Source: an uncultured delta proteobacterium
GTDB lineage: Bacteria; Desulfobacterota; BSN033; UBA1163
Direction of reading: 5' to 3'
Assembly: GCA_963708295.1 (NCBI GenBank)
Contig: CAVPSJ010000019.1
Coordinates: 32,001-96,000, forward strand
Length of the DNA: 64,000 nt
This document shows positions 36,790-48,498 of this stretch, piece after piece. The position numbers were made by a program, and so were the translations under genes. The notes under the pieces were generated by a model. That model ran no database searches and was not told the origin of the DNA. It saw only the letters and a list, made by a program, of their open reading frames with translations. How positions within the stretch are numbered: the stretch's first letter is position 1; every line of letters begins with the position of its first letter.

Positions 36790-38164
36790 TTAAATCGATG
36801 GAACTCGGACCTTTCCCAATAATTCCGTTAAGTCAGAAACTTCCATGGACTCCAAACGTGAGACCGCACGGATGATTTCCTGGCACAACGATCGGTCCGC
36901 ATAGGGCGCTGCCAGTTTCTCGAACTTCTCGGCCGCCGTTTCCCAGGACATGGGGCGGGTCCGAAATCCTTCGTAGTCGCGCTTCTCTCTCTCCACCTTC
37001 TCGCCATCTCGAAGCGTCAATGTGACGCGGCACGGCATCTCGTCGGGAAATTCCCGGCTATATTCCGCTGAAGGCCTGATGGTCACTTTCTTCAGAAGGG
37101 ACTGAACGTCTTCCCTCTGGATGCGATCCGGTCGGTACTGCTCGGGCATCACCTGACCGTCCAGAATGGCGACAGCGACCAGGTAAGGCAGACTGTGGTC
37201 CGCCTCCTCTTTGGTCCCGACAAGCGTCTTGTCCCCTTCTTCTCCTCCGCCGATAATGTGATAGGCGACGTCGAAGATCTCAATTTCAGCCTTTGTCACA
37301 TCTTCCCCTCGTGAAACCATATTCCTGTTTCAATTCCAGGACGCCTTCCAAGGCAGACTGGGAGTGAATCTCAGCATTGTATCTCTTCAGGATCGTCAGG
37401 GTGACGCGTTCAAGATCTTCTTCCAACCAGTCGATCTCGAACTTACCGGCAACGGTCTCCATGAAACCCTTGTTCCCTTCAAACACCTCCAGAGGACCCG
37501 TGATGCCTCGCATGGCCAGGAAGGTTCCATGGGTGCAGCCGAAGGCCGTGTTCGGATAGGCCAGACCTTTCCAGTGAGAAAGCGCCCCGGTCCTGCTGAC
37601 CCGCAGGGCATTAAAGGCCGTCCCGCAGATGGCAATCGCATTCGCCGTACGGACCTCGTCCAAACCCAGCGCCTTGGAAACGCCGGCGGCGACCGCATAA
37701 GAACCCTGGGTCGTATGGTCAAAGCCTTTTGCCCGAACGGGCGCGACGTCGCTCAGACGACACTGAACCTGGTAGGCCACGGCCAGGGCGGTCAGAAGTT
37801 GCCGACCGCTTTGCTTGGCATACTCCGAAGCAGCCAGTACGGAACCGAGGTTGTCGCTGGGATGGCAGGTCTCACCCTTGGCCAGATAGCTGTCATTGAA
37901 GTCAAGATAGCGGACCAAGGCACTGTTATAGAGGGCCGCCCGGTCGGGTGCCGCTTTCCCCCCCCCGATCAGGGTACAGTGCCGGGCCCCGTCGAACTCT
38001 TCGACCTGGTCCTTGAGCATGCGAATGGGGTCTCCTTTCAGAGCTCCGATGCCGCATCCCAATCCGTCTAAGATCCGGATCTTGAGCTGACGACGGGCTT
38101 CCTCCGAAAGGTCCTCATACGAGGCCCGCACCACGAATTCAGCGAGTTGTTCAGCCTGCGTCAT
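36790..38164 (-). CDS. MmgE/PrpD-family protein; frameshift at ~37310
   Basis: VRYLDFNDS, HPSDN, WKG, G.TGP..VFEG.KG in one frame; ADHSLPY in the other. Confidence 0.85.
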
Positions 38165-38169
38165 ACCGC

Positions 38170-38420
38170 CCCCGCCCTGGTAAAGGTTGTGATCTCAGGA
38201 AGAACAGGTGCTCCAAGAGCCTTCGAATGAGCCCGATCGAAACGGCGAGCCAAACGATCAAAGTAATATACGCAGAACAGTGGGAGATTGCAACCAGGAA
38301 AGAGATCCCTGCGGCTCTTGCCAATTGGAAGGTACACGCCGTGCACATGCAGACCGGAAAAACGATACACCCCGCCTGTCTCGTAACCCAGGTATGGAGA
38401 TGGAGAAAAAAATTATTTAG
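38170..38420 (-). pseudogene. Degraded remnant: C-terminus of a TDT/SLAC1-family transporter, possibly fused to a narI start
   Basis: IVFPVCMCTACTFQLARAAGISFL...LIVWLAV resembles the TDT FPLGMY..T C-terminus; preceded by LLNNFF overlapping the narJ-like stop. Confidence 0.45.
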
Positions 38421-38973
38421 CAAAATAAACTTCTTTCTCCGTTTCCGGGGCCATCTTCGCTTTTTGCGTCGTCGGCCTCTCTTGCAGTACCAGCAACAGG
38501 GCCCGGAGGACTTCCTCGTAGGGTGTAGCCCGGTCCTCACACCCTTCCAACATTCTTCTCAGAGAAGGGATAATATAGAGGGAGATCATATCCTCTATTT
38601 CCTCTCTATCCTCACCCTCGGCCAGGAATCGCAGCATGACGCCAAGATGGTCTGGCGATTCTTGGGCAGCTGAGAAATCATAAATCTGGTACAGCTCGTT
38701 TAACCCATCCAGGAATAGTCTGCGGTGACTTCCGTCTCCAAGCAGCTGGTAACCCACGTAAGGATAACAGACTCCATCGAGGCTAAACGTATCGTCATGG
38801 ACTTTTTCAATCCGACGGAAGGGAGTCTGCTCGACGAAGGTTTTGAACCGGTTCATCAGATCAGCAGCTTCCTGCCTGAAAGGAGTCAGGAGGGTGATAC
38901 ATTCGTTTACTTGATCCGTGAACGACGGCCCCGGGGGCTCAAGAATATGGCCAAACAGGCTATAAATTTCCAT
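38413..38973 (-). CDS. NarJ/TorD-family molybdoenzyme chaperone (possibly decaying)
   Basis: TF.L...CYPYVGYQL.G, E.PDHL.VMLRFL motif. Confidence 0.78.
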   Translation of the reverse strand: MEIYSLFGHILEPPGPSFTDQVNECITLLTPFRQEAADLMNRFKTFVEQTPFRRIEKVHDDTFSLDGVCYPYVGYQLLGDGSHRRLFLDGLNELYQIYDFSAAQESPDHLGVMLRFLAEGEDREEIEDMISLYIIPSLRRMLEGCEDRATPYEEVLRALLLVLQERPTTQKAKMAPETEKEVYFAK

Positions 38974-39046
38974 AAATTCTCCTTCCCTCGCTGTTTGAAG
39001 CTGTTGGTTTGGGTTTCAAATCGAGCCGCCAAGGTGAAGGGTTTCT

Positions 39047-39217
39047 TGGGCCTTCCGGTGTTGGGTCGATGACTCCCCCGGGATGCGGGCGGATCGTAAA
39101 CCCCTCTGGCCCGAACCATGACACACCATTCTCTTTCCACAGGGGAAGGGGTAAACCCTCCCCTGTGGACAAGTCTCCGCTCTCTTTTACAACCATTGAA
39201 ACGCACCGAAGGCCCGG
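39047..39217. other. Non-coding segment with terminal IR and strong internal hairpin
   Basis: gggccttccggtg / caccgaaggccc ends; ccacaggggaagggg-taaa-ccctcccctgtgg hairpin. Confidence 0.4.
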
Positions 39218-39403
39218 ATGTAAATCAGGTGAAGAGTGTATTTTAAAGGATAAAATTCAGTATTTGACCGTTGCCGCCGATGTGTCACGGAGGCTCTATT
39301 CCCATTTTTCGGCACAGGGACTGTATTTTTTGATGTTCAAATGATCTCACCAGCTTGGCTAATCTCTACCGCGATAGGGTCTATTTCAAATCCTTTTCGA
39401 CCC

Positions 39404-40541
39404 TTACCCGAGTTCCAATTTAAGCGAAAGAAATTTCAACATGTCCTTCAGCGTGATGACGCCTACCATCCGGTTCCCTTCGATGACGATGAGACGGCCT
39501 AACCCCGTTCGGGCCATGAGGGAGAGGGCCTTCATCGCGTCGGCCTGAGGTTCGATCGTATTTTCCGGCGAGCACTGCGTCGCCAGCTCTCTCACCGTTT
39601 TGAAGTTCCACTCTTCCCGCGGGAACCCCGTCCAATTGTTTGGTGGTAACACAACCGATGAGCTTGTCAGAGTCCTCTGTCACCGGAAACATCTTGAAGT
39701 GGTATTTATAGATATAATCCTCGACGAGCTGCCTCACAGAAGCCGATGGCGGCACCGTCACCGGATCGGTCTTCATAAAGCGGCGGACCTGCTCTCCTTC
39801 CAATGCCTTTCGTATGAGGACTTGCTGATACGACATCCGGGCGGCGCCCTGCAGAAAGACTCCCGATCAAGAACGACCAGATGCCTCCGATCAGATTTCC
39901 GGTGAAGAAAAACTGGAAACACGCCGAAGAACATAAGAAGGAGTGCAAACCCTGAGCCTATCCCCGAGGCGATGCGCGTTGCCCATCGAAGGTTCTTCTT
40001 AAAGGCCCACAAGACGGCCCGAAGCATTCGGCCGCCATCCAGAGGAAATGCGGGCAAAAGATTAAAGACGGCCAGAAGGCTGTTGATATAGGCAAGGTAC
40101 AGAACGACGCCATTGATCGAGACGGGCCACCCGAAACCGCGAACGCCCAGAATGTGGATTCCATAACAGGCAAGGGCAATGACCGATGCTGGAAAGAGGC
40201 CCCACCATCGCCACCAGAAATTCGGCTTTGGCGTTGGGGGGTTCTTCTCCCATTTCAGAGACGCCGCCAAAAATAAAAAGGGTAATCCCCTTCATGGGAA
40301 TGCCAAATTTCCTGGCGACGAGAGAGTGGAAGATTTCATGGAAGATGACAGAAAGAAAAAATCCGATCGCTCCGACCACTCCCATCGCCCAGTAGGTCTG
40401 TACCGAAAGGTACTTATACCGGAATGGGAAAAAGCCCACGGCAAGGGACCAGGCAACCAGGACCGCAATAATGACCCAACTTAAGTCGACCTGGACGTCG
40501 AAACCGAAAAGTTTAAATAACTTGATCCGTCTGCCAAGCAT
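39404..40541 (-). pseudogene. Site-2 protease (M50) with tandem CBS domains, multiply frameshifted
   Basis: HEIFH, FNLLPAFPLDGGR and CBS repeats split over four ORFs; could also be assembly errors. Confidence 0.8.
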
Positions 40542-40876
40542 GGCTCTCCTCCATGACAAAAACCCTCCGCCCGTGATTTCACCCGTTCGACCACGCGAAG
40601 CCTCACCGACGCTCTTTCAATGTCTATTTTCCACTCTATCCACTGAGATGTAAATAAGCAGCATGTCGTATTTCCACTCTCTAAACCCAGTATTTTCAAC
40701 CTGGGTCCATACCTGGACTGGAGCGGATCTGCGAAAAGTGTAGATTGGGAATATTCCCTCGAAAGGAGCCTGTCTCTCGAAAATACACCATTTATGCCTA
40801 AAAAATACAGGGTTTACCCCATTTATCTCCCCCCGGCATCGGCTGTAAGCTCTTCGTTGACGAGCCAGGTGAAACA

Positions 40877-41332
40877 ATGATGGAACCGATATCCAACGTG
40901 AATGTTCTCTCCCCATGGCAGCCGGGTATTCTGGCTTTGGGCGTCTTTGCTCTGATGGGTTTGGTCTTGATCGTCGCCTTCCTTCTTCTCGCAAGCTGGC
41001 TCGGTCAGAAAAAACCGAACCCTGAAAAGGTGAGGCCCTATGAGTGTGGCATTATTCCAACGGGGTCGGCTCGAATTCCTTATCCCGTGGCTTTTTATCT
41101 CACCGCCGCATTTTTTCTCATCTTTGACGTTGAAGCCGCCTATATTTTTTCCTGGGCCATTGCCTTCGACCGCCTCGGATGGTCGGGTTGGCTGCAGATT
41201 TCCTTCTTCATCGCCATACTGATGATCAGTCTATTCTATCTCTGGAAAAAGGGAGGCCTGGAGTGGGGACCGACAGCCCGGAAACACCCAGTTTCACCGG
41301 AAACATCATCCTTGCCAAGCTCGACGGACTGA
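40877..41332 (+). CDS. nuoA: NADH-quinone oxidoreductase subunit A
   Basis: PYECG, FLIFDVE, KGGLEW. Confidence 0.93.
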   Translation: MMEPISNVNVLSPWQPGILALGVFALMGLVLIVAFLLLASWLGQKKPNPEKVRPYECGIIPTGSARIPYPVAFYLTAAFFLIFDVEAAYIFSWAIAFDRLGWSGWLQISFFIAILMISLFYLWKKGGLEWGPTARKHPVSPETSSLPSSTD

Positions 41333-43740
41333 TTAATTGGAGCCGTCAGTACAGCCTTTGGCCTCTCTTTTTTGGGACATCGTGCTGTTTTATCGAGATG
41401 GCAGCCGTTTTTACACCCCGTTTTGACATGGCCCGATTCGGGGCAGAGGTCTTGCGCGGATCTCCCCGGCAGGCCGACCTCTTGATCGTGGCAGGCACGG
41501 TCTTCAAAAAGATAGCTCCCGTTATTCTAAGAATCTATGAGCAGATGGCCGAACCCAAATGGGTGATCTCCATGGGATCCTGCTGCAATTCCGGTGGAAT
41601 GTACGACGTTTACAGCGTCGTTCAGGGGTTGAATCAAATCATCCCGGTAGACGTCCACGTCACGGGCTGCCCGCCCCGCCCCGAGGCCCTTGAACATGCG
41701 TTGACCATTTTGCAGAAGAAGATCATTTCGGAAGAAAGGCCGGCGCGTCCTGTCTTGCATCTCCGGGGCGGAACTCAGGGAACAATCCGACCCATTCTGG
41801 TCGACGGAGAAAGCAAATCCAGGGATACCCGGGGCCCTGGGATGGAAGGCATCCCCATTCGTGGGACATCCGTGACCCCGCCTTTACTCTGGGACAGTCG
41901 CTCCGACCTGATGTGGACCCCGCCTCCTCACCGGATCGAGTTGCATGACGTGGACAAATCTCTTGCACAAACGCTGAAGGAAAAATTCGGTGACGCGATC
42001 CGGCAGACTCCTGAGACCTCAGATATGTTGACTTATCATGTCGCGGAAAGTCGCGTCAAAGAAGTCTTGAAGTTTCTAAAAAACGAAACATCACCCAGAT
42101 ACCTGCGACTGGATGACTTAACTGCCATTGATGAATCAGCACGACGCGATCAAAAACCTGTAACCTATTACGACGGGACGGTGGCGCATGAGGTCAGCCC
42201 AGACGGGGAGTCCGCTCGTCCCGACAAAGGAATCTATCCGGATTACACCCTGGTTTATCACCTGCTCTCTTTTGACCCCCCGGGTCGTCTCCGTTTGAAA
42301 GTTGGACTAACAGGCAAAGACCCGGTGACCAAAACAATTACCGATGTTTGGCCTTCGGCAAGCTGGTACGAACGAGAGACTTACGAGATGTTCGGAATCC
42401 GCTTTGACGGCCACCCCGATCTTCGGCGACTGATCCTGCCCCATGACTGGGAAGGATATCCGCTGCGCAAAAGTCACCCCGGGCGCGCCACGGAGATGGC
42501 TCCCTACACGCACGCCTCTGCGGTCGAGCATCAGCCTTTGGATGCAGGAGCCTTTGTCAAGCAAAAGCAAGGGGATCAAGAGCTTCTCGTGTTGAATATA
42601 GGTCCGCAGCATGTGGGCACCCATGGGGTGATGCGGTTCGTTGTCGCCCTGGATGGAGAAAGCATAGCCGATATCAACCTCGATATCGGCTATCATCACA
42701 GAGGAGTTGAAAAGATCGGTGAACGCCAGTCGTGGCACCAATTCATCCCCTATACGGACCGGGTGGATTATATGGGAGGAGTGGCCAATAATCTTTCTTA
42801 TCTCCAATCTGTAGAAACCCTCGCCGGGATCAAGGTTCCGGAGCGAGCCCAGTTCATCCGCGTGATGCTCAGTGAAATTTTCCGGGTCAACAACCACCTC
42901 GTCTGGTTTGGCACCTGCTGCCATGACGTCGGGGCAATGACCCCAACCTTTTATACCTTCCGTGAGAGAGAACAGCTGATGGACATGGTCGAACTCATCA
43001 CGGGTGGCCGCCTTCACCCGTCCTGGTTTCGCATCGGAGGGTTGGCCATGGATCTTCCCGAAGGCTGGAAAGAAGCGGTGGATGCCTTTGTCAAAGTCCT
43101 TCGGGAGCGTATTGGAGATTATGAGGCACTGATCACCCAGAACCCAATCTTTAAAGCACGAACCCAGGGGGTGGGTGTCCTTTCCCTCAAGGATGCAATG
43201 GAATGGGGCGTGACAGGCCCTAATCTTCGGGCCTGTGGTCTGGAGTGGGACGTGAGGAAGAAATTTCCTTATTCGGGCTATGAGAATTTCAATTTCGACA
43301 TTCCTACGGCTACGGAGGGAGATTGTTACGCCCGTTATCTCGTCCGTGTGGAGGAAATACGCCAGAGTTTAAGGATTATCGAACAAGCGGCCAGCCAGAT
43401 GCCAGGCGGCAGGGTTGTGACCGACGACTACCGTTACGCAATCCCTGATAAAAAAGATACGCTGAAGGATATTGAAAGCCTCATCCATCATTTCATCAAT
43501 GTCACTCGGGGACCGAAGATCCCCAAAGGCGAGGCTTATACGGCCACTGAGATCTCCCGGGGGGAGCAGGGTTATTATGTGGTCAGTGATGGACTCAACA
43601 TGGCCTACCGAATGCGAATCAGGGCCCCGGGTTTTGCCAATGTCCAGGTCATGCCGCTCATGGCAAAAGGCGGGCTCCTTTCGGATCTTCTGGCCATCAT
43701 TGGCTCGGTCGATTACATCTTGCCGGATATTGATCGGTAA
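41263..43740 (+). CDS. nuoBCD: NADH-quinone oxidoreductase fused subunit B/C/D
   Basis: SCCFIEM, GSPRQAD (B); [14 protein letters not shown] (C); GPQH.GTHG, GYHHRG.EK, DIDR (D); GTG 41263 with RBS ggagg. Confidence 0.92.
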   Translation: MGTDSPETPSFTGNIILAKLDGLINWSRQYSLWPLFFGTSCCFIEMAAVFTPRFDMARFGAEVLRGSPRQADLLIVAGTVFKKIAPVILRIYEQMAEPKWVISMGSCCNSGGMYDVYSVVQGLNQIIPVDVHVTGCPPRPEALEHALTILQKKIISEERPARPVLHLRGGTQGTIRPILVDGESKSRDTRGPGMEGIPIRGTSVTPPLLWDSRSDLMWTPPPHRIELHDVDKSLAQTLKEKFGDAIRQTPETSDMLTYHVAESRVKEVLKFLKNETSPRYLRLDDLTAIDESARRDQKPVTYYDGTVAHEVSPDGESARPDKGIYPDYTLVYHLLSFDPPGRLRLKVGLTGKDPVTKTITDVWPSASWYERETYEMFGIRFDGHPDLRRLILPHDWEGYPLRKSHPGRATEMAPYTHASAVEHQPLDAGAFVKQKQGDQELLVLNIGPQHVGTHGVMRFVVALDGESIADINLDIGYHHRGVEKIGERQSWHQFIPYTDRVDYMGGVANNLSYLQSVETLAGIKVPERAQFIRVMLSEIFRVNNHLVWFGTCCHDVGAMTPTFYTFREREQLMDMVELITGGRLHPSWFRIGGLAMDLPEGWKEAVDAFVKVLRERIGDYEALITQNPIFKARTQGVGVLSLKDAMEWGVTGPNLRACGLEWDVRKKFPYSGYENFNFDIPTATEGDCYARYLVRVEEIRQSLRIIEQAASQMPGGRVVTDDYRYAIPDKKDTLKDIESLIHHFINVTRGPKIPKGEAYTATEISRGEQGYYVVSDGLNMAYRMRIRAPGFANVQVMPLMAKGGLLSDLLAIIGSVDYILPDIDR

Positions 43741-44080
43741 GCGAGAAATTCGAAGCACGAAATTCGAAATTTGAAGCAAGTACGAATGTCCAAAATACGA
43801 ATGATCCAAACAATTATTAATCAGCCCATAATTATATGAGCATTGGAAACTAAATCCCCCTTCCCTCCCTTGACTAAAGGGAGGAATTACCCCTCTTTCG
43901 CAAATGGTTCGACTTGCTCACCATCCTGAGCTTGTCGAAGGAGAGGGGCGAGGGGAGATTTTCTGAAGCGTCTATCTTCTTTATTATGGATTCCTTATTA
44001 TTTTTTGAAATTGGAATTTTGGATTTGTTTCGAGTTGGTCCGAGGCAGACGCTTCACCCGATATTCGGATTTCGGATTTG
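43741..44080. repeat. Heptamer IR element with nested AAATCCCC and TTCGAC..GCTCA elements
   Basis: Same ends as 3241-3525; inner element 43852-43962 matches 35087-35238. Confidence 0.78.
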
Positions 44081-44090
44081 AGGTTTTCAG

Positions 44091-44585
44091 ATGTTGCCAA
44101 AGGAATTACTCGAAACGTTGGAGGCAAGGATAGCGAGCGTGGATCATCCTCGGGAACTGGCCGTGGATATCATGCTGGCTTCGCAGAATCACTACGGGTA
44201 TTTGAGCGATGAAGCCCTCGAAGAAGCGGCTCGGCTTCTCGGGATGACGCCCCTTGAATTGGAGGAACTCGCTACCTTTTACGATTTTATCTACCGCGAA
44301 CCCGTAGGGAGATTCGTGATCCACGTTTGCGATGGGGTCGTCTGCTGGATGAACGGATATGATTCAGTGATGGATTATCTCCTCCGGAAACTCGGAATCA
44401 AACCCGGAGAAACAACACAGGATGGGTTGTTTACCCTACTGCCCACTGCCTGTATCGGTTACTGCGACCTGTCCCCGGCCATGTTGATCAATGGAAGGGC
44501 GTACGGTCCTCTCACCCCTGAGAAAATCGACGACATTCTCAACAGGTTGAGAGCTGAACCGCCGAAACCAAGGATGGCAAGGTGA
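44091..44585 (+). CDS. nuoE: NADH-quinone oxidoreductase subunit E
   Basis: ATFY, C-x4-C, C-x3-C 2Fe-2S ligands. Confidence 0.93.
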   Translation: MLPKELLETLEARIASVDHPRELAVDIMLASQNHYGYLSDEALEEAARLLGMTPLELEELATFYDFIYREPVGRFVIHVCDGVVCWMNGYDSVMDYLLRKLGIKPGETTQDGLFTLLPTACIGYCDLSPAMLINGRAYGPLTPEKIDDILNRLRAEPPKPRMAR

Positions 44586-44590
44586 GCTGA

Positions 44591-45887
44591 ATGGTTCCTC
44601 AAGTGATCTTCCAGAATCGCAAACCAGACCGGATTGCCACGATCGACGAGTATCGCCAAAGCGGTGGCTACGAAGCTCTCACGATGGCCTTACAGAAATA
44701 CTCTCCAAAAGAAGTCCAACAGATCGTCGTCGATGCAAACCTTCAGGGGCGTGGAGGTGCTGGTTTTCCGGCAGGGCTGAAGTGGAAATCCGTTGCGGAC
44801 CATTTTCCCTTTCCAAGGTACATCATCAGCAACATCGATGAATATGAGCCCGGCACGTTTAAAGATCGCGTGATGACCCATGCGGATCCCCATATGATTA
44901 TCGAAGGCATGATCCTCTCAGGATATGCCGTCTCAGCGGAAAAGGGGATCATTTTCGTTCGGCCTTCGTATGAGAACAGCGCCGTGATCCTCGAAAGGGA
45001 ACTGAGGATTGCCAAAGAGGCCGGCTACCTGGGGAGGAATATTCTCGGGAGTCATTTCTCCTTCGACCTGATCGTACATCGGAGCGGCGGGCGGTACATT
45101 TGCGGCGAGGGAACGGCCCAGATCAACGCCATTATGGGAAAGCGGGCCCACCCCGTCCAGTCTCCCATACGTTCGACCGAGAAGGGACTGTGGGATAAGC
45201 CCACTGTCCTCAACAATATGGAAACCCTGGTCAATGTTCCACACATCGTGAGGCATGGAGCGGAATGGTTCAAAAATCTGGCGAAGACCAAAACCAGTTC
45301 CGGAACGAAGCTCTATTGTGTCAGTGGGAAGGTAAACCGGCCCGGCTGTTTTGAACTTCCCATGGGAACCCGGTTAAGCGAAATCGTCGATGAGTGTGCT
45401 GGCGGCATGCTGCCGGGGCATGAATTTAAAACCTGTCTTCCGGGAGGAGCTTCCACTTTGTATCTTCCGAAGAAATATTACGACGTCGAGATGGACTTCG
45501 ATTCGCTCAAAAAAGTTGGAAACCGCCTCGGGACAGGGGCCATTATTGTCTTTGATCAGAAGACCTGCCTGGTTGCGGCGACGCTGAATCTGATCGAATT
45601 CTTTGTCACGAGAATCCTGCGGCTGGTGCACTCCCTGCCGGGAAGCGCTACCGTTTATCAGAGATCTGCTCTGGCGCATCGAGGCTGGAGAGGGAAGAGA
45701 AGAATTCATTCCCATGCTCCGGCGAATGAGCCAACACACGTGGAAATCCTACTGCGCTTTTGCGCCCGGGGCAACCATGCCGGTAACGAGCTTGCTGGAT
45801 CATTTCCCGGAGGAAGTGCACGAGCACATCAGCCAGAGGAAATGCCCCTACAAGGGACAATCCAGGAATAATGGAATGATGGAGTAA
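44591..45887 (+). CDS. nuoF: NADH-quinone oxidoreductase subunit F; 1-bp frameshift at ~45607
   Basis: GRGGAGF, EPGTFKDR, YICGEGTA; ESCGWCTPCREA continues in the 45603-45887 frame. Confidence 0.9.
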
Positions 45888-45970
45888 TGGAGTAATGATA
45901 ATACCAACACAAATAAATACTCTTTCTATTATTTTTCCAATATCCCAATACTCCAAGACTCCAACACTCC
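45865..45970. repeat. Octamer-based inverted-repeat element (GGARTRAT / CCAAYACT)
   Basis: Four GGA(G/A)T(A/G)AT units followed by complementary CCAAxAxT units; contains the nuoF stop. Confidence 0.75.
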
Positions 45971-45989
45971 CTGTTGCGGTGGAAGGCTT

Positions 45990-48491
45990 ATGCCCAAGCT
46001 AAAGATTGACGGTATAGAAATAGAAGTCGAACAGGGAACGAAGGTCATCGAGGCCGCGGCGCGGCTGGGCATTATCATCCCACGATTTTGCTACCATAAG
46101 GGTCTTGGTTCGGTCGGTGCCTGCCGGATGTGCGCCGTGAAGCTCCTGGAAGGCCCTGTCAAAGGGATACAGATGAGCTGCATGGTGGACGCTTCCGACG
46201 GGATGGCCGTATCAACCACCGACGAAGAGGCCGTCGATTTCCGCAAGCACGTGGTCGAATGGCTTATGATGAACCATCCCCACGATTGCCCGGTCTGTGA
46301 TGAAGGCGGACACTGCTTGCTCCAGGATATGACGGTTGCAGGAGGCCACGGGATACGACGCTATCTGGGAAAAAAGAGAACCTATCACGATCAATATCTC
46401 GGCGTCTTCGTCCAGCACGAAATGAATCGCTGTATCCACTGCTGGCGATGCCGCCGGTTCTATCAGGAGTTCGCCGGCTATCGCGACCTGGGAGCCATGC
46501 AGATTGCCAACCACACCTATTTCGGCCGTTTCCAGGAAGGCCCTCTGGAGAGCCCCTTTTCCGGGAACCTTATCGATCTCTGCCCGACAGGCGTCTATAC
46601 GGACAAACCATCTCGTTTCACCGGGCGGCGATGGGATTTCCAACGTGGCCCGTCCCTCTGCATCCACTGCTCCCTTGGATGTCACATCCTTACGAGCACT
46701 CGCTATCGTGAAATCGTTCGGCTCGAAGCCCGATTCAGCGAATCGGTCAATGGTTATTTCATCTGCGACCGAGGCAGGTACGGTTTTGACTATACCCAGC
46801 ACCCCGAACGGCCAAGACGCCCGAGAGTTGGAACGGGGGAGGTTTCCTGGGAAAATGCAATCCAGAGGGCGGCAGAAAGGCTATCGGAGATTACAGAAAA
46901 GAGCGGGGCACCCTCCGTCGCCTGCCTCGGCTCGACGAGGAGCAGCCTGGAGAATCAGGCGATGCTGAAGCGCTTCTGCGAGCTTCAGGGGTGGCCGGAG
47001 CCCAAATATTTTGTGGATTCTTCGGTCGTGCGAAAGGTTAGAAAAGCGGTCTCGAGGCTGGACAAAAAGCTGGCTATCTCCATGCGAGAGATCGAGCAGG
47101 CCGATTTCATCATCGCTGTGGGCGCGGACCCTGTGAATGAAGCGCCCATGCTGACTCTGGCAATGAGGCAAGCTCACAGGCAGGGTGCAACGATTGCCGT
47201 GATCGACCCCCGGCCCATTTTTCTTCCTTTTGAATTCCATCACTTCCCGGCAACCCCAGAGGATATTCCCCCCTGCCTGAGCGTACTCATCAAAGAGGCT
47301 GTGGATCGATCCTTCGCAGAAACCCTTGGAGAGGCTGCTCTGGTTTTTTATGATCAAGTTCCGAGGAAACAGCCTTTCGATGGATTGTTCAAAGACCAGC
47401 TTGCAACGTTGGGCCAGAAGCTTCGACAAAGCAAGAACCCTGTCATCGTTTGCGGCACTGAAATTACTTCCGAGGCCACTCCCGGCCTCGCCGCCGACAA
47501 CGCCCTCCTTCTGCACGCAGCCAAAAATCGAACCGGTCTCTTCTATCTGATGCCCGGTCCGAATGCCTTTGGAGCAGCACTTCTATCCTCTGAAGAGGGT
47601 TCTTTGATGGAAGTCATGGACGCGATCGAAAGCGGGACGGTCAAGGCCTTGCTGCTGGTCGAGAGTGACCCCTTCCGGAATTTCCCGGATCAACAAAGAT
47701 TGAAGCGGGCCGTCGGGAAGCTGGATCTGCTGCTGGTCATGGACTACCTTCCTTCCGAGGCGGCTCGCGTTGCGCAGATTCTGCTGCCGACACGTACTTT
47801 ATTCGAGATGGAGACCAGTTTTGTAAACCAGGAAGGCAGGATTCAGTTCGCCCCTTCGGCGCATCGTGGTGGCATTCCAATCTCCCAGATCAGCGCGGGA
47901 AGCCATCCGCCACGCCATTTTCGAAGCGAGATCCCGGGAGGGGACCCGGAGCCTGCCTGGGTGATACTGGCCAAACTCGCCCATGCCATGTCCCTGCCGG
48001 GCAGGGAGAGGCCTTCCCTCTCCAAAAGCGAACTCTGGGAGTGGATCAAAAAAGAACATGCGGTCTTTTCTAACGTTCCGTATGCCGATCAATCGTCGGA
48101 GGGTCTTCGAATCGATCTCGAAATCGGAAAAGAGGAACCTTTCCCACGACCCATCCACTCTGAAAAAGATCATCGAAGAGACGGCGAATTAGAACTCCTG
48201 GTTTCGGATTGGACTTTCGGAACGGAAGAGCTTTCCGCCTATTCCAAATTTATCCATCAGGTTGAGGAAGAACCGTGTCTCTTTATGAACCCGAAAGACG
48301 CCTCGAGGATAGGGTTGAAAGATAAAGAGAGGATCACGCTCCACCTCGATAGAGTCCCGTTGGAGGTGGCGTTGCATGTCGCTGACAATGTGGCTCCGGG
48401 CGTGATCATTCTGCCGAAGCATCGACAACTTCCATGGCAACAGATCGGGAGGCGGCCGCTGAAAGTCGGCATTGACCGGATAAGAAAGTAG
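45990..48491 (+). CDS. nuoG: NADH-quinone oxidoreductase subunit G (with N7 motif)
   Basis: IPRFCYH, GACRMC, HPHDCPVCDEGGHC, RCIHC.RC, CIHCSLGC...CDRGR. Confidence 0.94.
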   Translation: MPKLKIDGIEIEVEQGTKVIEAAARLGIIIPRFCYHKGLGSVGACRMCAVKLLEGPVKGIQMSCMVDASDGMAVSTTDEEAVDFRKHVVEWLMMNHPHDCPVCDEGGHCLLQDMTVAGGHGIRRYLGKKRTYHDQYLGVFVQHEMNRCIHCWRCRRFYQEFAGYRDLGAMQIANHTYFGRFQEGPLESPFSGNLIDLCPTGVYTDKPSRFTGRRWDFQRGPSLCIHCSLGCHILTSTRYREIVRLEARFSESVNGYFICDRGRYGFDYTQHPERPRRPRVGTGEVSWENAIQRAAERLSEITEKSGAPSVACLGSTRSSLENQAMLKRFCELQGWPEPKYFVDSSVVRKVRKAVSRLDKKLAISMREIEQADFIIAVGADPVNEAPMLTLAMRQAHRQGATIAVIDPRPIFLPFEFHHFPATPEDIPPCLSVLIKEAVDRSFAETLGEAALVFYDQVPRKQPFDGLFKDQLATLGQKLRQSKNPVIVCGTEITSEATPGLAADNALLLHAAKNRTGLFYLMPGPNAFGAALLSSEEGSLMEVMDAIESGTVKALLLVESDPFRNFPDQQRLKRAVGKLDLLLVMDYLPSEAARVAQILLPTRTLFEMETSFVNQEGRIQFAPSAHRGGIPISQISAGSHPPRHFRSEIPGGDPEPAWVILAKLAHAMSLPGRERPSLSKSELWEWIKKEHAVFSNVPYADQSSEGLRIDLEIGKEEPFPRPIHSEKDHRRDGELELLVSDWTFGTEELSAYSKFIHQVEEEPCLFMNPKDASRIGLKDKERITLHLDRVPLEVALHVADNVAPGVIILPKHRQLPWQQIGRRPLKVGIDRIRK

Positions 48492-48498
48492 GGAAGAG

